A stretch of DNA of 64,000 nt from positions 705,535 to 769,534 of the forward strand of contig OZ244879.1 in NCBI GenBank assembly GCA_965221295.1, written 5' to 3'. Under the pieces are notes generated by a model. It did no database searches, was not told the DNA's origin, and saw only the letters and a list, made by a program, of their open reading frames with translations. Source of the DNA: Dehalococcoidia bacterium. GTDB taxonomy: Bacteria; Chloroflexota; Dehalococcoidia; Lucifugimonadales; UBA3495. Made by a program: the position numbers and the translations under genes. Shown here one piece after another: positions 9,465-19,740 of the stretch (position 1 is the first letter of the stretch; each line of letters starts with the position of its first letter).

Positions 9465-10481
9465 ATGTGGCAAACGGTCGGTCAGGATCACCTGCTGAAG
9501 CAACTGTCCGGAAGCCTGCGGTCGGGGCGAATCGGGCACGCCTACCTGTTGGCCGGGCCGCCCCACGTGGGCAAGATGACCCTGGCGCTGGACCTGGCGG
9601 CGGCCGTCAACTGCCAGAGCTCTAGCGACTCGGCAGACGGCCCCTGCTGGCAGTGCGAACCGTGTTTGCGCATCCAACGGGGCGTCCATTCCGATATGAG
9701 CGTCGTCGCCGTGGGCGGAGACTCGCGCGCGCAGACGCGCATCAGCATCGAGCAAATTCGGGATGCGGAACATTTCCTGTCGGTCACGCCAGTGGAGGGT
9801 GGCTGGAAAGTCATCATCATCGACGGAGCCGAAACGCTGTCGGCGGGGCAGGGCGAATCGGCCAACGCCCTCCTCAAGACGCTGGAGGAACCGCCGGAAC
9901 GGTCGCTCCTGCTGCTCCTGTCCGCCGAGGAACACGCGATCTTGCCGACGATTCGGTCGCGCTGTCGCCTGCTGCATCTGCGACCCATGGCCGGAGATCG
10001 CCTCGCTGAGCGCTTGGCGACGCAATGGGGCGCCGACCCGGAGGCAGCCGGACGGCTCGCCCGATTGGCCCGAGGTTGCCCGGGTTGGGCCATCAACGCC
10101 CTGACCAACCCCGACGCGCTGGAAGCGCGGGCGGCCCAGCTGGATCGAATCACTGATCCCGGCGAGGCTGCGCTGGACCAACGGTTTGCCTTGGCCAACG
10201 CCCTGGCCGGCGATTTTTCGCGCGACCGGGAGTCCGTGCGGCAGACCCTCTACCTGTGGCAGGGATGGTGGCGGGACCTGTTGTTGATCAAGGAAGGAGC
10301 TCCCGCCCACGTTCAAAATGCCGACCGGCGACCCGAACTGGACGCCGCAGCGTCCAACGTAGCGTCGCCGGACATTGTGGAGTTCCTGAAGCGGGTGCAG
10401 ACCACGCTGGCGGCGCTGGACGCCAACGCCAATCCACGGCTGGCGCTGGAATACATGATGCTAGGGACGCCAAGTTTGTAG
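9465..10481 (+). CDS. holB: DNA polymerase III delta' subunit
   Basis: HAYLLAGPPHVGK, Zn motif C..CWQCEPC, ANALLKTLEEPP, LPTIRSRC. Confidence 0.9.
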   Translation: MWQTVGQDHLLKQLSGSLRSGRIGHAYLLAGPPHVGKMTLALDLAAAVNCQSSSDSADGPCWQCEPCLRIQRGVHSDMSVVAVGGDSRAQTRISIEQIRDAEHFLSVTPVEGGWKVIIIDGAETLSAGQGESANALLKTLEEPPERSLLLLLSAEEHAILPTIRSRCRLLHLRPMAGDRLAERLATQWGADPEAAGRLARLARGCPGWAINALTNPDALEARAAQLDRITDPGEAALDQRFALANALAGDFSRDRESVRQTLYLWQGWWRDLLLIKEGAPAHVQNADRRPELDAAASNVASPDIVEFLKRVQTTLAALDANANPRLALEYMMLGTPSL

Positions 10482-10494
10482 GCGAGCCACAGCG

Positions 10495-10947
10495 TCAGGC
10501 CGCGACGTACTCTTTGAATCGGCCTTTGTTCACCAGCCGCAATCTTCCCTGCTTGACCAGCGCGCGGATGGCCTGCTGCACCTGGGGATCGCCGCGCCTG
10601 AAGAAGCGCCCGTTGATTTTGCTGACAGTGCGCGGAGTTTCGCAGTATTCCCAGATCTGCTCCGCCAGCAGGCCGCCGGTGTCTGGCAGGCGACGTATCG
10701 GGCGGACCAGCGTATGCCCGGCGTTTCCGTCAACGTCCTCGCCTGGCTGGTACTCCAGGTAGCCGTCATGCTTGGATAGGAAAGCCCTGAGTCGCTTGCG
10801 CAGGATTCCGCCGGCTCCCGTGGAACCGTAACCGTGCACCACGTCCAGCGCGGCAGATCCACCGGCGGCGGCCGCCCGGTTGTAGGCATCGATGAAGTCG
10901 GCCAACGCTTCCGGCCAAGTCTGGCCGTGCAAGTCCATGCTGATCAT
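10495..10947 (-). CDS. Smr-domain protein with possible C-terminal winged helix
   Basis: MDLHG...VVHGYGS..G.LR...R...GNAG Smr motifs. Confidence 0.75.
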   Translation of the reverse strand: MISMDLHGQTWPEALADFIDAYNRAAAAGGSAALDVVHGYGSTGAGGILRKRLRAFLSKHDGYLEYQPGEDVDGNAGHTLVRPIRRLPDTGGLLAEQIWEYCETPRTVSKINGRFFRRGDPQVQQAIRALVKQGRLRLVNKGRFKEYVAA

Positions 10948-10953
10948 GGTGGA

Positions 10954-11691
10954 TTAGTCGGCAACCGCCAGGGCCGCGGTATCGTCCTCCCGCCGCCGTC
11001 CGGTTGCTTGCCACGGGATGTATTGGCGCCATTCGTCCAGGATGGTCCGATTCTCCAGAACCCGGTACGGATTGGGCTGCGGAGCCGTGGGTGGGCGCCG
11101 CAGTTTCATATTCGCCTCCTCGGGCGTGCGGCCGGCCTTGTCCAGATTGCATCGGCCGCATGCGGCCACCACGTTGTCCCAGGTGTGCGGGCCGTGTTGT
11201 CGCCGGGGCACCACGTGATCTAGCGTGAGGCGCTGGGAACGTATGCCGCAGTACTGGCAGGTGTAGTGATCGCGCAGGAAGACTTCTTTCTTGGATAGCC
11301 GGCGAGGGGCGAACGGACGCTTCACCAAATACACCAGGCGAATGATGGACGGCGCTTCCAAAGCGGCATTGAAGGTGCGCAGCCGATCTTCGCCGGACCG
11401 CGATTCCAGCGTTTCGGCCTTGCCTTTGGCGACCAACACGATGGCGCGCCGCACGGTGCACACGTTCACGGGGACATAGTTGAGGTTGAGCACCAGAACC
11501 GGCGCCGTGAGGCGGCCCGGCATCGATGGGTTGCCGCGCCGTCGTTTACCCTCCTCGAGCGTCGTTTCGGTGGCCTGGGTAGCATTTCTGCGTTGAGGAC
11601 CCGATTGCCGGCCATTCCCCTTGGGCTGTCGCGCCGACCCTCTGATTTTGGTGGCGCTCTTTCCTCGATTGGTTCGTCCCCGGCTTGCCAT
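10954..11691 (-). CDS. HNH endonuclease (start may be later, about 11523)
   Basis: VLVLNLNY.P, RDHYTCQYCG...LTLDHVVPR...HTWDNVVAACGRCNLDK. Confidence 0.88.
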   Translation of the reverse strand: MASRGRTNRGKSATKIRGSARQPKGNGRQSGPQRRNATQATETTLEEGKRRRGNPSMPGRLTAPVLVLNLNYVPVNVCTVRRAIVLVAKGKAETLESRSGEDRLRTFNAALEAPSIIRLVYLVKRPFAPRRLSKKEVFLRDHYTCQYCGIRSQRLTLDHVVPRRQHGPHTWDNVVAACGRCNLDKAGRTPEEANMKLRRPPTAPQPNPYRVLENRTILDEWRQYIPWQATGRRREDDTAALAVAD

Positions 11692-11835
11692 CCGCCAACC
11701 TCAACGCAGGGGTGATGAGTTAGGTGCCGCGTCTTGCCCAAAGATGTGATGGAAACGAATTGGTCTCTCGTTATTATACTGGCATTTCGGCGCTTTTGGC
11801 AGACCGCCTGGCGCGCGCAATAGCGCTGGGCCTGG

Positions 11836-12183
11836 TCACAAGAGGATCGCCCAAACCAACGCCCCAATGACCAGGCCCAAGCACAAGCCGCCGGCGTGAT
11901 TGATGCGAACGGTCTTGGAATCATAGCCGATCCTCTGTTCCAAGCTCCTCCCAAAATAGCCGATGCTGATTACACAGATCACTCCAACAAACGCCAGCGG
12001 CCCGTACACCAGCGCCGCGGAACCCGCGTCTCGGAACGCCCAAGCCAGACCAACCAGCAAACCGACGGCGCCAAGCGACAACGACATGCGCAGGAGACCG
12101 ACGCGAAATCCCCACGCCATCAGGAAACACCAGCCGGCCAAGCCCAACAGCCGCCATGGCGATTCGGAAATCCAGTCAAACAT
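11836..12183 (-). CDS. Small CvpA-like membrane protein
   Basis: MFDWISESPWRLLGLAGWCFLMAWGFRVGLL...INHAGGLCLGLVIGAL; about four hydrophobic segments. Confidence 0.55.
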   Translation of the reverse strand: MFDWISESPWRLLGLAGWCFLMAWGFRVGLLRMSLSLGAVGLLVGLAWAFRDAGSAALVYGPLAFVGVICVISIGYFGRSLEQRIGYDSKTVRINHAGGLCLGLVIGALVWAILL

Positions 12184-12315
12184 GCGCGAATTGTCCGCGA
12201 AAATTTGGGCGTTCGCAAGCGGTCCGGCGAATCGAGTCTCCAGGCTTGCCATACCGTCCTGTAGCGCGCGCCGTAAAATCCATGGGCCCTCCGGGGCGGA
12301 TGCTATAATCCCAGC

Positions 12316-13023
12316 ATGAGTGGCAGTTTTGGCAATGGCGCAAGCCGAGGTCCGGTGGTGGCAATCGACGGGCCGGTGGCTTCGGGCAAGACGTCCGTGG
12401 GGAGAGCCGCCGCCGACAGGTTGGGCCTCCGTTTTCTTGACACCGGCGTCATGTACCGCGCCATCACCTGGCTGGCGCTGCGCGACGGTCAACAAATCGA
12501 CGACCACGAGGCCATGGGCCAACTGGCGGAGAGTTGCCCCATGCGACTGGCCGACGATCAGGGACCCGCCATCATCGTGGTCAACGGACACTCGCTGAGC
12601 GCCGAGGAATTGACCGAGGCGGAGATTGACCGCAACGTCTCCGCGGTAGCCGCCAACTCGAAGGTTCGCCGCGCCCTGGTTGTGCAGCAGCGGGCCATCG
12701 CCGTCGGCGGAAGCATCGTGGTGGTGGGCAGGGACATCGGATCCGTGGCGCTGCCCGACGCGGACGTGAAGCTGTACCTGGACGCTTCTGCGGAGGCGCG
12801 CGCGCGCCGGCGGCAGCTCCAGCGGCGGCAAGGTGGCAGCGAGGTTGACTACCAGCAGGCCCTGGCCGACACCAACCGCCGGGATCGGCTGGACAGCCAG
12901 CGCGCAGACTCGCCACTGGTGGCGCCCGACGACGCCGTCATCATCGACACCGGAGAGTTGGATTTTTGCCAATCGGTGGATGCAGTGGTGTCGAGAATTT
13001 GCGCCGCCACCGTGCATCGATAA
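12316..13023 (+). CDS. cmk: Cytidylate kinase
   Basis: VAIDGPVASGKT, LDTGVMYRA, VGRDIG, RRDRLDSQRADSPL. Confidence 0.92.
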   Translation: MSGSFGNGASRGPVVAIDGPVASGKTSVGRAAADRLGLRFLDTGVMYRAITWLALRDGQQIDDHEAMGQLAESCPMRLADDQGPAIIVVNGHSLSAEELTEAEIDRNVSAVAANSKVRRALVVQQRAIAVGGSIVVVGRDIGSVALPDADVKLYLDASAEARARRRQLQRRQGGSEVDYQQALADTNRRDRLDSQRADSPLVAPDDAVIIDTGELDFCQSVDAVVSRICAATVHR

Positions 13024-13048
13024 CCGGCGCTGACAGGGAGGGAGAGTT

Positions 13049-13753
13049 TTGGCCTGGTTGTATCAACCCAGCCGTCGCTTTGGACAGATCATCTGGGCGC
13101 TCACCGGACGGATGAAAGTGACCGGCCGGGAAGCGGTACCCCCATATGGCCCCCTGCTGGTGGCCAGCAATCACCTATCGCTGAACGACGCTGGCGCTCT
13201 GGCGGTCGCCTTGCCGAGACCATTGGTATTTTTGGCAAAGAAAGAACTGTGGAACAGCCGCATCGGACGGTTCTATTGCAACGCGATGGGGGCAGTTCCA
13301 CTGGACCGTCAGCGGGGAGGTGGCGGGGCGCTCAGACATGCCCTGGAAGCGTTGCGGCAAGACCAAGCGGTTTTGATGTTCCCCGAGGGAGGCATCAGCC
13401 GAACCAACCAGATGGAACCGGGCCGCGCCGGGTTGGCCTGGCTCGCCCTGAAGAGTCAGGCTCCAATCCTCCCGGTGGGCATCGCCGGCTCCGAAAAATT
13501 CCCCTCTTGGCGCATGCCCGTGCCGCTGTGCAGTTGGCAGGTCAACATCGGCACCCCGTTCACGCCGCCGCAGGTTGAAGGCCCAATCACCAAACCGCTG
13601 CTGGAGGCCGTGACCAACATGGTGATGGAGCGCATCGCGGCTCTGGTGCCCGACGACTACCGCGGCGCCTACGCCGACGCGCTGCGCCCGCGTATCCCCG
13701 GCGATGACCAGAGCGACCGGCAAACGCCGGCGGAGCAGAGTCTTCGGACGTGA
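13049..13753 (+). CDS. plsC: 1-acyl-sn-glycerol-3-phosphate acyltransferase
   Basis: ASNHLSLND (HX4D), FLAKKEL, MFPEG; follows cmk. Confidence 0.85.
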   Translation: MAWLYQPSRRFGQIIWALTGRMKVTGREAVPPYGPLLVASNHLSLNDAGALAVALPRPLVFLAKKELWNSRIGRFYCNAMGAVPLDRQRGGGGALRHALEALRQDQAVLMFPEGGISRTNQMEPGRAGLAWLALKSQAPILPVGIAGSEKFPSWRMPVPLCSWQVNIGTPFTPPQVEGPITKPLLEAVTNMVMERIAALVPDDYRGAYADALRPRIPGDDQSDRQTPAEQSLRT

Positions 13754-14650
13754 TCAGCAGAGCGGCGCGTCCTGCCGATGCCGGTACCGAACTGGTTCTT
13801 CGTCCAGTATGCGTTCCAGCTCGGCGGTCCGTAGGTTTATGGTGTCGAGGATAGCCGGCGGGATTCCGGCGTCTTCGTTCACGTAGTTTCCCAGCAGCTC
13901 CAGCTCGTCGAATCCCTGGAAGCAATCGACCACTCCGCGCAGGGACGAGGCGGGGTATTGGGTGTCCTGACCCACGCCACGGCCGATGGAGAAGTGGTAA
14001 ACGTACTTCAGATGGTCTTTGAGATAGCGCACCACCGGGAAGAAATCGCCGTCGCTGGAAACCAAAACCGCCACGTCGAAATTGTCCATCTTCGATATCA
14101 TGTCCACGGCGATCCCAATATCGACGCCCTTCTCGCCGACCTGGGTGCCCTGGAAGGTGATGTTGCCGTCATAATCGTATTCCAACCGGTAGGGCCGGAA
14201 CGGCTGCACCACATACTGGCCAACGTACTTGAACTCCAGGAAGTTGGTGTTCTGCTGAATGTCCTCGAAAACCGACTTGCGCAGTTGGTGAAAACGGCGG
14301 AATTCGTGCTCGTACCAGTCCTGCGCTTTTTGAATAACCAACTCCGGCGTCAACTCCGGGATGCGGGCGCCATACTCGTCCACGATGCGTTGGGCTCGCC
14401 ACAGATTGGGCGACCATGGGGTGATGTTTTCGGCGTAGTACCAGTACACCCTGACCAATTGATGATCCCAGCCGGTAACTTCGTCGAATTTCACCAAAGC
14501 GTCGTGAAAGAACTCCTGCCAGCGGAAGTGCTTCTCATCTAGGCGGTATTCGGGATTATTGGGATGGGGAGGGTCTGACCGGAAGTGAAAGTCTCGAAGG
14601 TTGTGTCTGAAACTTTGCCCTTCCACGAATACTACGGTTTTGAACGGCAT
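13754..14650 (-). CDS. NYN-domain (LabA/DUF88, PIN-like) protein
   Basis: VFVEGQSF...EKGVDIGIAVDMI...VLVSSDGDFFPVV; RBS GGAG before ATG at 14650. Confidence 0.8.
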   Translation of the reverse strand: MPFKTVVFVEGQSFRHNLRDFHFRSDPPHPNNPEYRLDEKHFRWQEFFHDALVKFDEVTGWDHQLVRVYWYYAENITPWSPNLWRAQRIVDEYGARIPELTPELVIQKAQDWYEHEFRRFHQLRKSVFEDIQQNTNFLEFKYVGQYVVQPFRPYRLEYDYDGNITFQGTQVGEKGVDIGIAVDMISKMDNFDVAVLVSSDGDFFPVVRYLKDHLKYVYHFSIGRGVGQDTQYPASSLRGVVDCFQGFDELELLGNYVNEDAGIPPAILDTINLRTAELERILDEEPVRYRHRQDAPLC

Positions 14651-14793
14651 GTTCCTGCTCCTGACCGTTACGGCAAAGACCCAGATGCGCCAGGCTCTGA
14701 TCGGACCGCCAGCCCAAAGGGGACATTTCAATTCGCCTCGTCGGCGCGGCTGCCCCAAGCGCCGAAGTCGTGGAGAAACGCGCCGGTGGTCGT

Positions 14794-15696
14794 TCAGTCC
14801 ACCGGCGCGGCGATGTCGATATCGTACCGTTGCAGTAACTCGTCAAGTTGGGCGGCAGTCCGTTCATCCGGCGGCGTCAGCGGAAGCCGCGGGTCGCCCA
14901 CGTTGAACCCGGACCGGTTCAATCCGTACTTGACTGGAATGGGGTTGGATACGATGAACAATCCCTTGAAGATGTCCAGCAATCGCAAATGTTCGGCGCC
15001 GGCCGCTTCGACATCGCCTTCCAGGGTGAGGCCCATCATTTGCTTGATCTGGTTGCCGACCAGGTGAGCCGCAACGCTCACCACTCCGTATCCTCCCATC
15101 GTCATGATGCCGAAGGTTTCGTCGTCATTGCCCGACCACACTCGAAAGTCGTCCGGGGTATCGCGGATGACCTTGGCGATCTGCACGGGGTCGCTGCTGG
15201 CTTCCTTGATGCCGATGATGTTTTCGATCTCGGCCAGGCGCACCGTAGTATCGTTGGTCATGTTGAGGCTGGTGCGGCTCGGCACGTTGTACAACATCGC
15301 GGGCAGATTCGTGCATTCGGCCAAAGCTCTAAAATGCCGGTAGAGGCCTTCTTGAGGCGGCTTGTTGTAGGCGGGCACGGTCAGCAGCAGGGCGTCGGCG
15401 CCAACCTGTTCCGCCTCCCGGCTCAGTTCGATTGACGCTGCGGTGTTATTGTCGCTGGTTCCGGCGATCACCGCGCCCCTCGAACCGATGGCTTCCTTGA
15501 CTTCCCCGTAAAGGCGCGCCTTTTCCGCCGCGGAAAGCGCCGGACCTTCCCCGGTGGTTCCGGTCACCACCAGCCCATCCGACCCGGAATCAAGGAGGGC
15601 CACTGCCAACCGCTTGGCCTGTTCGTAATCGACTGCTCCGTCGGCATCGAATGGCGTCACCATAGCTGTGATCAAGCGACCAATTTCAGTGGGCAT
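14794..15696 (-). CDS. dapA: 4-hydroxy-tetrahydrodipicolinate synthase
   Basis: ITAMVTPF, GTTGE, LYNVPSRT, GIKEAS, SNPIPVK. Confidence 0.92.
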   Translation of the reverse strand: MPTEIGRLITAMVTPFDADGAVDYEQAKRLAVALLDSGSDGLVVTGTTGEGPALSAAEKARLYGEVKEAIGSRGAVIAGTSDNNTAASIELSREAEQVGADALLLTVPAYNKPPQEGLYRHFRALAECTNLPAMLYNVPSRTSLNMTNDTTVRLAEIENIIGIKEASSDPVQIAKVIRDTPDDFRVWSGNDDETFGIMTMGGYGVVSVAAHLVGNQIKQMMGLTLEGDVEAAGAEHLRLLDIFKGLFIVSNPIPVKYGLNRSGFNVGDPRLPLTPPDERTAAQLDELLQRYDIDIAAPVD

Positions 15697-15958
15697 GATC
15701 CATACCTCCCTGCCGGCGCCCCCTCCGAATCGTCCTGCGCCTTTGGGCAAATGCCGGCTATGTACTGATGAGCATTCCGGGCATTATACACAATTCGTTC
15801 CGGGAACCGCCATAGGCCATAAACCGCCTTAGTGCCGCGCTCCCGTCCCGGCGTTGCCAATACTGTGGAACCGCTCTGGGTGGCGGCCAACCGCCTTGAC
15901 CCGTCGTCGAGCGACTGACTATAATCTGCTGTTCCTGTTCGCATTGCAGATTGTAATC

Positions 15959-17020
15959 GTGTCTGAAACCAGCGCCGAATCACACACCTCAGCGTCCATC
16001 TCGGCGTTGACGCGCCAAGCCCTCGAAGAGCTGGACGCCTTGTCCGATGCGGATCAGGCCGAGCGATGGCGGGTCAGCTACTTGGGTCGGCGTGGACGCG
16101 TCACAGGCCTGCTGCGTTCAATATCGGAGTTGGAGCCGGACCAGCGGCGCGAGGTCGGCTCGCAGGCCAACCGGGTTAAAAACGCTTTGGAAGAAGCGTT
16201 GGACCGCAGGATACGTGAACTGGCCCAGGCGGAAATCTCGGCCCGCGACGCCTTGGACGTCACCATGCCCGGCCGGCCGTCGATCACCGGGCGCCTCCAT
16301 CCCACCACTCAGATCGTGCGCGAAATCTGTTCCGCCTTCATGTCCATGGGCTTCAGCGTCGTTGAAGGCCCGGAGGTGGAACTGGACCACTACAACTTCG
16401 AGATGCTGAACATCCCGGCAGGGCACCCAGCGCGGGACATGTGGAACTCGCTATGGGTGGACTACCTGAACGAGGATGGCCAGCAACCCATGCTGCTGCG
16501 CACCCATACCTCGCCCATGCAGGCCCGCGTCATGGAGGCGCAGGAACCACCGGTTCGAGTGATCGTGCCGGGCAAATGCTACCGGTACGAGGCCACCGAC
16601 GCCACCCACGAATGGCATTTCTACCAGATCGAAGGGCTGGCGGTTGCCGAGGGCATCACATTCGCCAACCTGAAGGGGACGCTGTACGAATTCGCGCGCC
16701 GGGTGTTCGGACCGGAACGCCAGATCCGATTCCGGTGCGACTACTTTCCCTTCGTCGAGCCCGGCGTGGACATGTCCATTTCCAACTTTGTTGACCCGGC
16801 CACTGGCAAGCGTCCCATCAATCGGGATGAGGACTGGATCGAGATCATGGGCGCCGGCATGGTTCACCCGCGGGTCCTGGAAGGCGTGGGATACGATCCG
16901 CGGCGCTACACCGGGTTCGCCTTCGGCATGGGCCCCGAACGGATCGGGATGCTGAAGTACGGCATCGACGACATTCGCCATTTCTACCGGAACGACGTTA
17001 GGTTCCTGAGGCAGTTTTAG
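15959..17020 (+). CDS. pheS: Phenylalanine--tRNA ligase alpha subunit
   Basis: HPARDMW, LRTHTSPMQ, DATH...FYQIEG, YFPFVEP, GFAFGMGPER; probable GTG start. Confidence 0.95.
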   Translation: MSETSAESHTSASISALTRQALEELDALSDADQAERWRVSYLGRRGRVTGLLRSISELEPDQRREVGSQANRVKNALEEALDRRIRELAQAEISARDALDVTMPGRPSITGRLHPTTQIVREICSAFMSMGFSVVEGPEVELDHYNFEMLNIPAGHPARDMWNSLWVDYLNEDGQQPMLLRTHTSPMQARVMEAQEPPVRVIVPGKCYRYEATDATHEWHFYQIEGLAVAEGITFANLKGTLYEFARRVFGPERQIRFRCDYFPFVEPGVDMSISNFVDPATGKRPINRDEDWIEIMGAGMVHPRVLEGVGYDPRRYTGFAFGMGPERIGMLKYGIDDIRHFYRNDVRFLRQF

Positions 17021-17062
17021 CCCACTCCGGGAATCCCCGCCTGACCTTCGCCGCTGGCCGAT

Positions 17063-19489
17063 ATGCTCATACCTTTTTCCTGGCTTTCCGAATACGTTGA
17101 CATCACGTTGCCGGCGGACGAGTTGGCCCATCGGCTCACCATGGGCGGCATCGAAGTCGGCGACGTAATCACCCGGGGCGGCTGGGAGGGATGCGTGGTC
17201 GGCTACGTGCGCGCTACCAGGCCGCACCCCAACGCCGATTCGCTGACGTTGTGCGAAGTGGACCCCGGCGATGGGCCTCCCGTTGAGGTGGTCTGCGGCG
17301 CGCCCAACGTGGCGGCCGGCCAGAGCATCTGCTTCGCGCGCCCTGGCGTGACCCTGCTCAACATGCGCACCGGTCGCCGGGAAGAACTCCAGCCCGCCCG
17401 CATCCGCGGCATCGTTTCCGAGGGAATGATCTGCTCGGAGGCGGAATTGGAAATCAGCGACGAACACGAGGGCATCATCGTATTGCCCGATGACGTCGCA
17501 GTCGGGGCCCCGTTGGATGACGTTCTGGGCGATACCTTCCTCGAACTCGAGCTGACGCCCAACCGGGGCGATTGCCTCTCCATATTGGGAGTCGCCCGTG
17601 AGATCGGCGCCATCACCGGCCAACCGGCGCGCGTCCCGCAGCCGTCCTACCCGGAGTCCGGCGCGCCGGCCGCGGACCAGGCCAGGGTTACCATCGCCGA
17701 TCCGGACCTTTGCCACCGCTACACCGCTTCCGTCGTCACCGGAATCACCATCGGCCCGTCTCCCCACTGGCTGCAGGACCGGCTGGTTCGGGCCGGGATG
17801 CGTCCCATCAACAACGTGGTGGACGTGACCAACTACGTGATGCTGGAGTTCAACCAACCGCTGCACGCGTTCGACCTGGATACCGTGACCGACCGGCACG
17901 TGGTGGTGCGCCGCGCCGTCGCTGGCGAAAAATTCACCACCCTCGACGGCATTGAACGAACCCTCAGCGCCGATAACCTACTGATCGCCGACCCGGAGCG
18001 GGCCATCGGCATCGGCGGGGTCATGGGCGGCGCCAACAGCGAAATTACTTCATCCACCACGAACCTGCTGCTGGAATCGGCGACCTTCCATAACCTGAAC
18101 AACCGGCGCACCGCCGCCGAACACAACCTGCGCACGGAAGCCAGCCAGCGCTTCGAGAAGGGACTGCGCCCCGAACTGGCTCCCATTGCCCTGCGCCGCG
18201 CCACCCAACTGATCCTGGAAACCGCCGGCGGCGAGGCGGCGCCCGGCATCATCGACGTGTTTCCCGCCCATGATGAGCCCGCGCCGCCTGTGCCGCTGAC
18301 CGAGCATCGGCTGCGGCAACTGCTGGGCATGGACCTGGACATCGCTCGCGCAGAATCGGCGCTGGCAAGCTTGGGCATCGCGACCCGACGCGTCGGGCCG
18401 CACAGCCTGGAAGCCGATCCACCCTACTGGCGCAGCGATATCGCAATCGAGGAAGACCTTATCGAGGAGGTCATCCGCATCATTGGGTATGACGAGGCGC
18501 CCACCACTATGTTGGCCTCGCCTATCCCCTACCACCAGGGCCACGCGATGACCTCGCTCAAGGATCAATTGCGAGATGCACTGGCGGCCGCGGGTATGCA
18601 GGAGACCATCAGCTACCCATTGATAGGGTTTGATGACCTAGAAAAACTGGGAACCTCGGGTCATCAGCCAGCCGCCCTGCTTCGTGTCGCCAACCCGATG
18701 TCCGCCGAGCAGGACATATTGAGACCCACGCTCGCCGCCAGCATCCTGAATACCCTGGTTTACAACCAGGGGCACAACGACGGAGGATTCCGGCTGTTTG
18801 AAGTGGGTCGGGCCTTCATACCCCAGGAATCCGGCCTGCCCGAGGAACGAGAACTGGTGGCTGGCGTGATGTCGGGGCCCCGCTACGACGCCCACTGGTT
18901 GAGCGAGTCCGAACCCCTGGACTTCTTCGACCTGAGCGGAACGTTGACCACCGCGTTGGCACGGCTGGGCGTCAAGGTTGCGTATCAGCCCTTCGACGGC
19001 TCCCTGTTCCATCCCGGTCGCTGCGCCAACATCGTGGTCGCCGGAGACCGGGCGAGGGAGATCGGCGCGGTGGGCGAGTTGCACCCCGACATCCGCGACG
19101 CCTTCGGCCTGGCCTCAGACCCGGTAATTTACTTTGAACTGCGCGTTGACGACCTGCTGGCCGCCACCCAAGATGACAGCGACCCTGAAAAACGCTTCCA
19201 GCCCCTCTCCCGTTTCCCGGCAGCCAATCGCGACCTGGCCTTGGTGGCGCCGGCGAACGTGCCCGCCGGACACGTGCAGAGCCTGATCGAGCGTGTCCGC
19301 CTGGTGGAACGAGCCGAGCTGTTCGACGTGTACTCCGGCGAAAACCTCCCCGAGGGTTCCCGTTCTCTGGCCTTCCGCATCAGGTTCCGCGCCGCCGACC
19401 GGACTCTGACCAACGAAGACGTGAACCGGGCCGTCAACGGATTGACCCGGGTCCTGGAACGGGAAGTGGGCGCCACGGTACGGGCCTGA
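17063..19489 (+). CDS. pheT: Phenylalanine--tRNA ligase beta subunit
   Basis: HPNAD, VVCGAPN, TPNRGDCLS, NNVVDVTNY, RFEKG, FDVYSG..RTLT. Confidence 0.95.
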   Translation: MLIPFSWLSEYVDITLPADELAHRLTMGGIEVGDVITRGGWEGCVVGYVRATRPHPNADSLTLCEVDPGDGPPVEVVCGAPNVAAGQSICFARPGVTLLNMRTGRREELQPARIRGIVSEGMICSEAELEISDEHEGIIVLPDDVAVGAPLDDVLGDTFLELELTPNRGDCLSILGVAREIGAITGQPARVPQPSYPESGAPAADQARVTIADPDLCHRYTASVVTGITIGPSPHWLQDRLVRAGMRPINNVVDVTNYVMLEFNQPLHAFDLDTVTDRHVVVRRAVAGEKFTTLDGIERTLSADNLLIADPERAIGIGGVMGGANSEITSSTTNLLLESATFHNLNNRRTAAEHNLRTEASQRFEKGLRPELAPIALRRATQLILETAGGEAAPGIIDVFPAHDEPAPPVPLTEHRLRQLLGMDLDIARAESALASLGIATRRVGPHSLEADPPYWRSDIAIEEDLIEEVIRIIGYDEAPTTMLASPIPYHQGHAMTSLKDQLRDALAAAGMQETISYPLIGFDDLEKLGTSGHQPAALLRVANPMSAEQDILRPTLAASILNTLVYNQGHNDGGFRLFEVGRAFIPQESGLPEERELVAGVMSGPRYDAHWLSESEPLDFFDLSGTLTTALARLGVKVAYQPFDGSLFHPGRCANIVVAGDRAREIGAVGELHPDIRDAFGLASDPVIYFELRVDDLLAATQDDSDPEKRFQPLSRFPAANRDLALVAPANVPAGHVQSLIERVRLVERAELFDVYSGENLPEGSRSLAFRIRFRAADRTLTNEDVNRAVNGLTRVLEREVGATVRA

Positions 19490-19740
19490 CCGACCCTGGC
19501 CGTCGGACGGCCTGATTGCTCGATTGCCAGTACGCCCCGATTGCCACCACGCCCCCAATTGCTAGTACGTTTCGATTATCTCTACGCAGCGCGGCCATCT
19601 AGTTGACGCAGCGATTTCACCGCATCGCCGCCACTGCTCGACGTAGGCCAACTGCGGCGGGAGGCCAACTGTGAGAGCCGGAACCGCTTGGAACGCGCGC
19701 CGGAGATCGGGCCCCACTGTGATACAATATGGTGTTCAAA

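Noticed and set aside
12184-13017. N-terminal part of the 393-aa ORF 11836..13017
   Set aside because: Antisense shadow of cmk; only the last ~115 aa look like a real membrane protein
16451-17899. Long antisense ORFs (also 19933..21123, 39485..40996, 49978..50964)
   Set aside because: Typical high-GC shadow frames of well-supported genes
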